Assembly: GCF_018350175.1 (NCBI RefSeq)
Contig: NC_058372.1
Location: forward strand, 248,001-312,000
DNA from: Felis catus
Taxonomy: Eukaryota
DNA: 64,000 nucleotides
Reading direction: 5' to 3'
The translations under genes were made by a program, and so were the position numbers. Positions 47,921 through 58,900 of the stretch are shown here, piece after piece. The notes under the pieces are model-generated. The model saw only the letters and a list, made by a program, of their open reading frames with translations. It had not been told where the DNA came from and did not search any database. Position 1 is the stretch's first letter, and every line of letters begins with the position of its first letter.

Positions 47921-48770
47921 AGGGACACCTGGGTGGCTCAGTCGGTTGAGCATCAGGCTCAGTTGACAGCGTGGAGCCTGCTTGGGACTCTGTCTCCCTC
48001 TCTCTCTGCCCCTCCTCTGCTCACACTCTCTCTTTCAAAAATAAACAACTAAAAAAAAAAAAAAAAGTTAGCAAATGGGGCACCTGGCTGGCTGATTCCA
48101 GGTGCATGTGACTCTTGATATCAGGGTTCTGAGTTTGAGCCCCATATTGGGTGTAGAGCTCACTTAAAAATAAAATCTTAGGAGCACTTCCTAAGGGTGG
48201 GTGGTTCAATCGGTGGAGCATCTCTTCTTTTAAGTTTATTTGTTTAGTTTGAGAGAGAGCAAGGCGGGGGAGGGGCAGACAGAGAGAATCATAAGCAGGC
48301 TCTGCACACAGATCCCAACGTGGGGCTGGAAGTCTGGAACCCTGAGATCACGACCTAAGCCGAAATCAACGTTTATTTATTTTTGGGACAGAGAGAGACA
48401 GAGCATGAACGGGGGAGGGGCAGAGAGAGAGGGAGACACAGAATCGGAAACAGGCTCCAGGCTCCGAGCCATCAGCCCAGAGCCCGACGCGGGGCTTGAA
48501 CTCACGGACCGCGAGATCGTGACTTGGCTGAAGTCGGACGCTTAACCGACTGCGCCACCCAGGCGCCCCCCTAAGCCGAAATCAAAAGCGGGATGTATTA
48601 ACTGGAGCATCTGACTCTTGATTTCGGCTGAGGGCATGATCTCAGGGTCGTGGGATCAAGCCCTGTATTGGGCTCTGCGCTGAGCGTGGAGCCTGCTTGA
48701 GATTCCCTCTGTCCCTCTGCCCCTCTCTCTCCCACTTGCGCTCTAAAATAAAATTTTAAAAATAAATAAA
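47921..48770. mobile_element. Cluster of SINEs, three of them nested
   Basis: A sense SINE is split by an antisense SINE (duplicated tggagcatct at 48214 and 48603), which is itself split by a young SINE at 48370-48569 (TSD cctaagccgaaatcaa). Confidence 0.85.
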
Positions 48771-49495
48771 GTATGACTTAGAAATTGGGAATTATTAATT
48801 ATGACAGAAGATATTTGAAAAATAATGAAGTAGAACTCAAAAAAAATTTTTAAGTAACAATAATTGGAATAAACTGAAGACAGAATTAGTGAACTGTAGG
48901 AGGCTGTAAGAATTAACCCAGAGGCAGCATGACGAGAAAAGGGATGGGAAAAAATGAAACACAGAAGGGGGCTTAATAAACTGATTAGAGCTCTAGAATG
49001 TGAAAGTTGAGAACATGGGGTAAAAGCGATATTTAGTGAGATAATGGCTGATAATTTTCCAAGGATGACGGAGGAAAATAATCCTGTTTTAGAAAGTCCA
49101 ACACAGAATCAAGAAAAGAAAGCACATCCTGATATACTCTGGTGAAACTACAGAACATCAAAGACGAAGGACTGAAGGCACACGCGATTAATGCTCAGAA
49201 AAGGAAAACTAACTCGAGTGTAGAGGAAATTCCAACATAACATGCGAGCAATACTCGCCTTCCAGTTTTCCTTTTGCTTTTACATATCTCAAAAGGGTTA
49301 GTTCACTGGCTATAAAAAGGCTAAGAGAAATGTAATTTTCAAAAATAAAACCCCACATATCCCCCTATTACCTGAACTGTACAGAAATTAGGGATGGGAA
49401 CAGAGAAACTAACGGTTTATCCCGCACAGGGAGCAAATCAGCGCATCAATGTGGTTAGCGAACAGAGAAGGGGCAGAAGGCAGCAGGACACGCAC

Positions 49496-49605
49496 CTGCA
49501 GCTGGTGCAGGTGTAGAAGACGGTCTGCCCTTCGTCGGCTGAGCGCATCTGCCGGGTGTGGTAGGCCATTCCCTCGTGGCCGCATCGCGAGCAGCGCCGG
49601 TCCAC
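49496..49605 (-). CDS. POLR1H: POLR1H coding exon 3 (TFIIS-like zinc ribbon)
   Basis: VDRRCSRCGHEGMAYHTRQMRSADEGQTVFYTCTSC; 110 bp. Confidence 0.97.
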
Positions 49606-49802
49606 CTGGCGGGTCAGCACGGGCGTGTCAGGGGGTCCTGGGGGGCCCACCCGGAACCAGAGCCCACGGTCCTCACACCACACGCTGCTGCTGCAGACAC
49701 CCCGCTTCCCTCTCCGGGATCTGGGTCCCGATCTCTGCGCTCACGCCTGCATTTCCTCCCCGCGCTCCCTGCTGGGGCCAGTCCGTGACGTCGGTTACTT
49801 AC

Positions 49803-49903
49803 CACGGGCCCCTGGAACTCAGGCCCCTCGTCCGCCGCCACGGGCACCGCCGTCCCCACCTTGTGGAACACAAACGTGGTCCTGACCACCTTCTGCTCGA
49901 AGT
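49803..49903 (-). CDS. POLR1H: POLR1H coding exon 2
   Basis: FEQKVVRTTFVFHKVGTAVPVAADEGPEFQGPV|gtaagt; 101 bp. Confidence 0.96.
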
Positions 49904-50001
49904 CTGCGCGCAGTGAGAACGGGTTATGGACATGGGCGGGGAGGGGGCGCTGACCCCACTCCCCGCGCCCGCAGGCTCCGGCCGCCGCGCCAGCCCCTCA
50001 C

Positions 50002-50137
50002 CTCGCACGTCGACGGAAAAGCCACAGCGGATACAGGTGACCGTGTCCTCAACCCCGGGCAGGGGCAGGATGGAGCCGCAGTCCGGACAGAAGTCCAGGT
50101 CCGACTGGAAGTGGGAGCGGGAGCGCCCAGAGTCCAT
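50002..50137 (-). CDS. POLR1H: POLR1H coding exon 1 (N-terminal zinc ribbon)
   Basis: MDSGRSRSHFQSDLDFCPDCGSILPLPGVEDTVTCIRCGFSVDVR; total CDS 372 nt = 123 aa. Confidence 0.96.
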
Positions 50138-50199
50138 GAGCCACACGAGGTAGGGGTCTGTGCGCGCGCTAGCGGCCGGTCTCCCCGCCGGTCTCCCTG

Positions 50200-50680
50200 T
50201 CGGTCCCTGGTCGTGGGCGGGTCTCGCCGGTGCCCTCCACCGAGCCCTCCTCCTCTCCGCCGTACCGCGACTGCGCAAAGCGTGTCGCGCAACGCGAGGC
50301 GAGCGCCATTGGTTGTGACGTCATACGTGAGCGCTACCGCGACCGGCCTGTCCCCGCGACCCAGCTGCAGGCGCCATTTGCTGTGACGTCATAAGTGAGC
50401 GCGGCTGTGGCCGGAGGTTCCCGGAGCCGGATCCGGACGTCTGCGGAGGACGCAGGGGCGCTGCCTTCCACCTGGTTCTGCGGGTTCGGGAAACTGGGTA
50501 ATGAGCATTGCGCCTCCGATCGCTCCCCCCCTGAGGATCCAGTCCTGGGATAGTTGTTTTCTTGGATCAATCGTTGGGGCGCTGCCCCTGAAAAACGAAG
50601 GAGCCTTCCCGAATACTTGATTTCTTGGGACTGTGCGGCCCTAGAGCCGGAATTTCCCTCTTGCGGCTGCGCTGAGGATG
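50200..50680. promoter_or_regulatory. Bidirectional CpG-island promoter of POLR1H and the ZNRD1-AS1 ortholog
   Basis: Two perfect CREs (TGACGTCA at 50316-50323 and 50384-50391), each preceded by GCGCCAT. Confidence 0.8.
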
Positions 50681-53265
50681 AAAGCTCAGCTCGGAGTCCG
50701 GACCGTCAGGTTCCTGCGCTCCCGGGGCCTCCTGCCCGCACGCCCGCCTCGGGGGCTGCCCTGGGCCCGAGGAGGAGTGAGCGGGCTTCTTGAGGCGCAG
50801 GAGGTGCTGCGGGTGGATCGGGGGAAGCGGGACAGGTCCTGACACGCCTCCCAGGTGAGGCCACGGCCGTGGGTAGCGTTTCTCCATGCCGTAGGCTGAC
50901 TTCGGGTCTGGGACCCACCTCCACTGGGGCCTCCGGCTCCTGTCCAGCCAACTGCGAATTGCCGGCGTCCACTGGGTAGACAGCAGACATTTCCGTAATA
51001 CGTGAGTTAAAACACACAAGACCGAGCTGTTTTCATTCGTCTGTAACCTACAGTCTAAAGTAGAAACTCGTGATCCTGAAGGGACGGCCTCTCGTTGGCG
51101 GTCCTACTTCCCTCCCAGCCCACCAGCCCAGCCAAGCGGACGGCTGTGCCGAGTCCTTTACATACGGAGTGGTGGAGCCACCACTGTACCTTCTGGAGAT
51201 GAGCTGTGATTCCCTCCTCGGGAAGGGCCCCGCTCCACCGTTTTCTGCAGTAATGGAAACACACAGTAGTGAAGGGATTGAAACTCGGAGCAAGCTACTG
51301 AGCAAGACAGGCCCCATAATTTCACTTACCTGGCTGTCACGTGGTCTTAAGGGGGTCTGGTGCTGAGCCCATTGTGTAGGCAGTTTCTGTGTGTCCTTTG
51401 GAAATGGACATCGAAATGAGCTCTTCCCCTCTCTCTCTCCCTTTTCACTTTGACCAGTATTCAGTGCCCAACCACCGTGAGCTGAATACTGTCCTCATGT
51501 GCCAGCGTTGTGAGGCGTGGCCCTTTCCCAACACAACATCACTGATGAGGCACTTATGCCCAGTCTTTAGGCCAAGGCTGGGCTGCAAAGTTGCAGACTA
51601 TTATCTGACCATCAGGAGCACAAAGGATTAGAATGCAGTCCGAGTACTGGGAGGGCAGAGTGAGAGTCAAGGACCAGCACAGGACACGGAAGTGCTTGTA
51701 CACCTTAAGGGAGACTAGCAAGTGTCCCAGCGAAAAGGGAGATACGGCAGTACAGGGAATGTAAGAGAGAAAGATGCCCATGTCATGTGATAGGGATGAT
51801 CAATCAACAGATCATTTTGAGCACTTGGGATCACATACTCATGTTAGGTGCTGTGCTAGATTCTGTGTATGGAGAAATATTTTTAAAATATCAACATGGG
51901 TCATTGCAACGTATGTTACCTAAAAGTTAAATTAAAACAATATAAAAGTATTTATAGGCAAACAGGAATGTGCCTAAGAGGTCAGGGAGATCCAATGTTT
52001 GATACCAGATTCATTATAATAATATAACCGCATTGTGTTTGTAGATATAAATTGTAGTTACCACCCTTTAAGAGTCTAAATTTCAGCATGAAAATGTTAA
52101 AAATGATACAGGAATATGGGTGTCTCGGTGTAAACCCCGATTGGTTTTCAAATGAATCGTAGAAGTAGAAAATGTTAAGTGTTCAGAAGGCAAAATCACT
52201 GTTACATAGAATCATCCAGAAAGACTTTATAGACAGCCAGGGCTTGACCTGTGGAAGAGAGATGACTGCCATCTTATAGGGACTTACCATATGTCAAGCA
52301 TTGTGCGAGGCTCTTCCATCTAAACCACCTTTGTTCTTTATGACCCCTGAGAAGCAGGTTTTTGTCTTACATCTCCATTTTATAGATGAGGAACCTGACT
52401 TAGAAATGGCTACTTGCCCTGAGTCACACACCTCAGAAGCCGTGGAATTAGGGCTCAAACAGCTTGGGCAGGCTTCAGAGCCCATGCTCTTTACCATGAA
52501 TAGCACAAACAGAGGCACAAAGGTGATGTGCCAGACACCCCCAGTGGCTCCACTACGACCTCATAGTGACTCAGACCGGGAATGACACATGAAACGTTGG
52601 CAGCCTTGTGTAGCCATCAGCCTGACCAATTACAAAAAGTCACCCCAAATTCCTATCCTAAGGGGGTTCAATGGGGAATGGTCTCATAATGGATCTGGGG
52701 TGAAGGATGAGTGGCCGTGTAAGGCCGGCAGGTGGAGGGGTGGGCAATCAGATGAGAACAGAGTTTCAGAACGAAAGGTCGGAAGGCAGAGATGCTGTAT
52801 GTGCTGATAGAGGCGGAGAGGGCCCGGACCGAGAAACTGCGGAAAGAGAACAGACTCCTGACCCTGCGGTGTGGGACTGTCCCCAGAGAGGGCGGCTGGA
52901 ACACTGAGCCGTCCAGCGGAGATGTGCCTGTGCAGCGCCTCACCAAGGAGCGGGTCTCTTCCCTCTCCCAGTCCCAGATTCGAGACTCAGAGCGGCTCAT
53001 GTGGGATCCACGGGACATGTGTGCTTTTTGTTTCTATGAGAAGATTTTATGCTCTTATTAAATTCTCCATCACAGGGATGCAGTGGTTTCCCATGGAGGA
53101 CATGGCCCTGGAGTAGCCCTGCCTCTTAGCAGGTTTTCTCTTTCTGGGGGGACATGCCCTTGGCCTTGACCAAAACACTTCGGTTTTTTGGTTCAGTCAG
53201 TAAGTGAGTAGATATGTTCTGACACTGCTTACGTGCCAATCTACCTCTGCCTTTTTGTCTTCCAG

Positions 53266-53341
53266 ATTGTCCTGGGCTAAAATGTCTACAGACCCCAGGA
53301 TTGCTACAGGTCAGCTGTCCCCACTGGAGAAGAAAATCTTG
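53266..53341 (+). CDS. ZNRD1-AS1: ZNRD1-AS1 (Znrd1as/Tctex4) ortholog, penultimate exon
   Basis: ccag|A TTG TCC TGG...LSWAKMSTDPRIATGQLSPLEKKIL|gtaagt; splices in frame to 53704. Confidence 0.75.
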
Positions 53342-53703
53342 GTAAGTAATCTTCACGTCATATGGTTTGGAACTACTAGGAGAAGGAGCCTTGGGTTTAA
53401 AACCCTGCCCAGGTGACCCCTGTCTACACTGGCAGATGTGTTTCACTATATCTATGCTTGCAAAACAAAACACTATGTTGAAAGCACCCAATACTATATT
53501 TTTAAAGCACTAGTTATTGATTTTGGTGGGGTAATTTAACTTTCAGAGCTCATGGGTTCACCTAGGAGTGATGGGAGTAGAAATGACAATTATTACACCC
53601 ACATATCTTTTCTGGCTGTCAGTAATGAGGGTATGCTCCTGTTTAAATGTGTTCAGAGTAAAAAGATGGTCCCATTATGAAATCCTCTACCTCACTTTGA
53701 CAG

Positions 53704-54453
53704 AGTCTGGGTGGTGTGCATACAACAGCGACAAGACAACTGATAACTCAGAAATACCAGGAGGAGTACGAGACACTGTGTAGGGAGCAGGCTCTTTCTC
53801 ATGACTACTGGCTTGCCAAAACAGAGTCTTACTATAATAAAAGAATAGTGGAGATGAGGGAACAAGAGACAGGGTGTGAAATGGAGAAGAAATTGAAGGG
53901 GGAAACAACCCAAAGCGTGGAGAGACAAAAACGGTATTATTTGGTTCCTGCGAGGGAGGGGGGACACATAGAAAGTCACATCCAGAGAGCAGGCCAGGTC
54001 AGAGAGGTTAAGAATAAGACACGTAGGCCATTACTACAGGCTCCTGGTGAAACCACCTTCCCCAGAATTGTGCCAGAGGAGCACAACATCCTGAGTGCAC
54101 AGAGGAGAAAGCAAGTGAGCCAGAGGGAGCAGGTACAAATTAAAGGTCACCAGGAACGCATGCTGCGGGGCAGAGAGCTGGGAAAACAGAGACTCAAGGA
54201 GGGAGTCTTGAGAAGAGGCCAGAACACGCCGCTGACCCATGGGAGGCACAGGAGAGCAAAGAGAGAGGTGAAGGAGTTTGAAAGCATCACTGCATATCCA
54301 CTCCTGCAGCCATGCAGTAGAAGTCGGATCAAAGTGAATGTTCTTGTGGAAAAGAATAGAGAAGAAGGGAATACTGCCGTAAAACCACATCAAAGAGAAT
54401 TCCTAACTATGCCTCCCTTTTTGAGAAGCCAAGTGGGAAAAATAAAAGACTAG
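53704..54453 (+). CDS. ZNRD1-AS1: ZNRD1-AS1 (Znrd1as/Tctex4) ortholog, last exon (249 codons plus stop)
   Basis: Uninterrupted non-repetitive ORF resembling the recalled ZNRD1-AS1 protein (AQRRKQV..REQ.Q.K.HQERM.RGREL; QPCSRSRIKV; MPPFLRSQ.GKI.D*); AATAAA at 54474-54479; syntenic position. Confidence 0.85.
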   Translation, partial: SLGGVHTTATRQLITQKYQEEYETLCREQALSHDYWLAKTESYYNKRIVEMREQETGCEMEKKLKGETTQSVERQKRYYLVPAREGGHIESHIQRAGQVREVKNKTRRPLLQAPGETTFPRIVPEEHNILSAQRRKQVSQREQVQIKGHQERMLRGRELGKQRLKEGVLRRGQNTPLTHGRHRRAKREVKEFESITAYPLLQPCSRSRIKVNVLVEKNREEGNTAVKPHQREFLTMPPFLRSQVGKIKD

Positions 54454-55630
54454 TCGAGTTTCAGCGCTTTTAGAATAAAATCATGTCTCCGAAGTGGACT
54501 TTGTTTTTTGAACTATTTCCCATCTCTCCCCAGAGTTGGGTGAGATCGCATCTGTATCACATGGTTCTGGACTTGAAACCTGGCTGTTTTTAGTTGGCCT
54601 CTCTGCTCAGGTTGCTAATCCTCTGATGTTGTTTTTCTCCTGTGTTGGGTGGTTGGTCAATGATCTGAGTGAGGGGTTGTTCTCAGACACCTCCCACCTT
54701 GCCCCTGCCCCAGCCCTTGACGGGTGTCCTGATGAGACTGCTGAAGGTCAGTGTTGGGTCTTTGATTTCACATTCATAATTTTATCAGGGAGCCACTAAT
54801 GGGACCCTACAGTTTTGTTTGTTTGAGGAACTTCATTCTGACAGCCTCCTATATGCCAGGTATTATTAGTTACTGGGAGTGAATGAAAAGAGGTCCCTGC
54901 CCTTGATTGGTTCACGAGTAATGGCATAGACCACTCCCCACTCACAACGTGGCCTGGGTGATGCTGGAGGCGTGCACAGGCCCTGTGCAAAGGAGGGCAC
55001 CTGGCCAAGCCCAGCTGAGCAAGGAGGGAGCCCATGGGAGGGGAGTGGTTTCTCAGGTTGCCTCCAGCTCCACACGTGGCCATGAGAGCAACATCTTCCC
55101 AGCATTGGATCCACTCAGAGGTAAAGCAAACTCTCTCTCAAACAGATGTCCTCTAACACTCATTGATAACTCAGAAAACAAATTTATGCATTTAGTGGGA
55201 ATTTCAGTAGCCAAGCAGAATGAAATTTATTGATTTCATTTTCAGTTCATTTTCTTCCCAGATACCTAAAAGTTGGGAAAGTAGGGGTTCAGAGGTGGTG
55301 AGTAGAGAATCAGAGACATGGAAAATGCACACCGTGGGGAGTGTCACCCTTCGGCTGTGGGGGTCCTGATGCCCCCCTCCTGGGCCTGCTGCTTGCATCC
55401 CCCAGTGATGGGGCTGTCCTGCACTGCTGCTCCTCAGCATGATAGCCACCTCCCACCTGTGCCTCCTGCACACTGCCCTCGCCTTTTCTGGCCTTGCATC
55501 ACCATGTCCCAGTGGTGGACCCTCAGCCTTGTAACAGGGTGTATTGTCCAACTTAGAAACCCCAATCAGTAGGGTTAGGGTAAGCCCTTTGAGTTGAGTG
55601 GGACTGAAAAGCAATCTGGTACACAACTGT

Positions 55631-55925
55631 AGGGGCGCCTGGCTGGCTCAGTCAGTGGAGCAGGTGACTCTTGATTTCAGGGTCATGAGTTCGAGCCCCA
55701 CGTTGGGTGTACAGATTACTTAAAAAAAAAAAAATCCAGGGACACCTGGTGGCTCAGTTGGTTGCTTAAGTGTCCAACTCTTGTTTTCAGCTCAGGTCAG
55801 GATCTCGCAGTTCATAGGATTGAGCCCCACGTTGGGCTCTGTGCTGACAGCGTGGAGACTGCTTGGGATTTTCTCTCTGCCCCTCCCCGTTCTCTCTCTC
55901 TCAAAATAAATAAACATTTAAAGAA
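55631..55925 (+). mobile_element. Two tandem SINEs
   Basis: Two consecutive SINE heads with A tails. Further SINEs lie at about 56570-56780 (-), 57075-57248 (-), 58509-58685 (+), 60085-60275 (+) and 62118-62326 (-). Confidence 0.85.
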
Positions 55926-58900
55926 ATACATAACCGTAAGGGATTGTTTACCATGAAGGTTTTCAGTGCTAGCCACGGTGAGGTCGGCCTCCCTCTTTCT
56001 CCTCCAAGTCTAGTGTAAAAGCAGCTGGTGATTGCGAAAGGCACTTTCACAGCTCATCCATCTCAGAGTAAAAGTCTGGTAAGAGGGTAAGTTTGGCCAG
56101 ACCTGACTCCGTCATGTCTACCTCATAACTCACCTTTCATCTCCTTGAACGGTGTGTGAACAACCATCTTTACCCCAAGCAACCATGAACCATGAGTCAC
56201 ACTTAATGCTTTTCTTCTGTATTCTTTCGTCTTCTCAGTACAAAGTGAATATACAAATGAAAATGTCTATGTCCAGGCACCCACTGCTGAGGCTGAGACC
56301 TGGAACCCTCTGTGCTCCCATTTACACCCCTCCCTCATCCCTAGAGGCAGTCACTGGCCTGAATTTTGTGGTAATTAACACCTTTCTGTAGTTTTTGTCA
56401 TCTATGTATGTATTCCTAAGTGGCATAATTGTGCATAGTTACCTGTTTATGGCATGTATATAGATGAAAATTATATAATTTACTTTTGTTCATTAATATT
56501 TTTTAATTCACCCATGTTGATGTGAAACACTATTTCATTTCCTTTCTTTTTTTCCTCTTTGAAGCACGTCTTTTAAAAATTTTTACCGTTTATTTATTTT
56601 TGAAAGAGACAGAGCACGAACAGGGAAGAGGCAGAGAGAGAGGGAGACACAGAATCCCAAGCAGGCGCCAGGCTCCGAGCTATCAGCACAGTGTCCCACG
56701 TGGTGCTCAAACTCACCAACTGCGAGATCATGACCTGAGCAGAAGTCAGATACCCGACGGACTGAGCCCCCAGGCGCCTCTGATTTGCATGACTTCCTGG
56801 ATAACATGTTCTCCTGGGTTTTCTCCAGCCTCACTGGTTTCCCTTCTGAGGCTCCTTGGTTGTCCTCCTCCCCTCCCCAGTCTCCTGGTGCTGGGGGTGC
56901 GTCAGAGTGACTCATCTCCACGAGCCTCACGAGCTCTACACGGTCTGTTCCCTGAATCTCCACCATCTAAGTGTGTACTTCTTGGGTAGTTCATTCCATG
57001 ACATGAATATACCACATCTTAATTACCTGCTGTATTGTTGAGGTCATTTCCAATTTTTGGTTTTGTGGGGGTTTTTCACATTTATTTGAGAGAGAGTGAG
57101 TGGGGGAGGGGCAGAGAGAGAAGTCCAAGCAGCCTCCCCAAGGTCAGTGTGGAGCCCGACCTGGGCTCAGTTCCATGAACCAAGAGATCATGACTTGCGC
57201 TGAAATCAAGAGTCGGACGCTCAACCAAGTGAGTCACCCAGGCGCCCCTGTTTTTGTGTTTTTTATTCTACAAATAGTACTTCTGTAAACATTTTTGTTT
57301 AAGCGTGTTTCTGGGGCACAGTGTGCAGGAGTCTCCAGGGCATCTAGGTTGTGGGACCTTCACGTGACAAGCCTGTTCCTGGGACTTGTTTTCATTCCAC
57401 TGGTTTTGTGCCCGCAGGCCTGTTCTGTAGAGCCTGTTCAAATATGTATTGAAAGAAGGAAGGACATTTGTTAACTGCTGGAAACAGCTGTGTCGAAGAG
57501 GGCCAATCCCCCAAATACAGGAACAGTTGATGATGTGCCACTCTACCTTCTTAGGTCCTGTCCGTGCGTTAACATAGTCTTTCTTTGTTCTTACATTTTA
57601 TTTGAGGTACTAAAATACCTTAATTTGTTTTTTAATACCCTTCAGTAACATTCATGATTTTATTTATCCCCTCTCCAGAACTATCTTTGATGCCTTCCAG
57701 ACAAGGTCACCCCCATTTTCTCTTCTCAAGGCACCTGGCATCATCATAAAGTTTCACTGAAGTCTGGATAAAAGGGTTCCCAGAGGAGGAGGACAGGGAG
57801 CTCACATCCCTGGAGACACTGGTCAGGACCTCTAGCAGTTCTCTGTTGTCTGTGGGACAGGTGTCCAGCTTTCCAGCCCTGAGCACTCCGTGGCTTCAGA
57901 GGAGATGCGAGACACTGGAGGCCCATTGACTGATTCATTCCACACGTACTGAATCTTGTTAGTCCACACTGTGCTGACTGACTGATGGAAGGGTGGGTAG
58001 GGCAGGGTCCTCCTCATCGTGTGAGCTTGCAATCTCATGGTCCAGATGGAGATTGATAATCCTAGTACAGAAGTAATAAAGCTAATAGAGACATCTAAGT
58101 GCCTCAGAAACTGGAGAAGGACTGTCTGGCCCTTTGGACTAGAGCTAAAGAGCCCCTTCGTGAAGGTTTACAGCTTTACGGAATAGGTGGATGCTCGTGC
58201 TGAAGGGGAGAAGTTTGATAAGCAGATGAGAAAGAGCACGTGGGCCCAGGAAGCAGCAGGTGCACAGGACCCACACGTGAGTGGATCTGGGTGAAGGCTA
58301 GGGCGGTGCCTGCAGCCAGGAAGAGCTTCCCTGTCTGGACAGGTGGGGATTGTGCAGCAGCAGTCTGGCTCAGTTGGTACGTGCAGAAGAACAAGGATGG
58401 GCAAAAGAACGTGGAGATTACTGAATTAATACAATAGCATTAAGAATCTGCCATTCAGTGTTTGTGCTGATATCACTGGCATCCACACTTCATTAAAATA
58501 GGCTTGGAGGGGCACCTGGGTGGCTCAGTCCTGAGTTAAGCATCCAACTTCTGCTCGGGTCATGATCTCACAGTTTGTGAGTTCAAGCCCCGTGTCAGGC
58601 TCTGTGTTGACAGCTCAGAGCCTAAAGCCTGTTTCAGATTCTGTGTCTCTCTGCCTCTCCCCTGCCCCCCAAAAAACATTTAAAAACTGGGCTTGGAAAT
58701 TGAGGGGAAAAGTTGAGTTTTAACAAGATGAAAATGGATCAGGAAGTGCCACAAAGAATATAGCTGTTGGCACAAAAAGGCATGAGAGTACAGTTCTCAT
58801 CCAGCCAGAACTATTCAAAGGAGAAGTCACCAGAAAACAGGTTGGAGCCAGGAAAAAAAAAAAAAAAGTTGATAGGGATGTGTACTGGTACATCTCTGAT

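Noticed and set aside
52792-53061. ORF MLYVLIEAERAR..., resembling a human predicted ZNRD1-AS1 peptide as recalled
   Set aside because: It stops at 53061 and no in-phase splice to 53266 was found; probably homologous intronic DNA rather than a coding exon.
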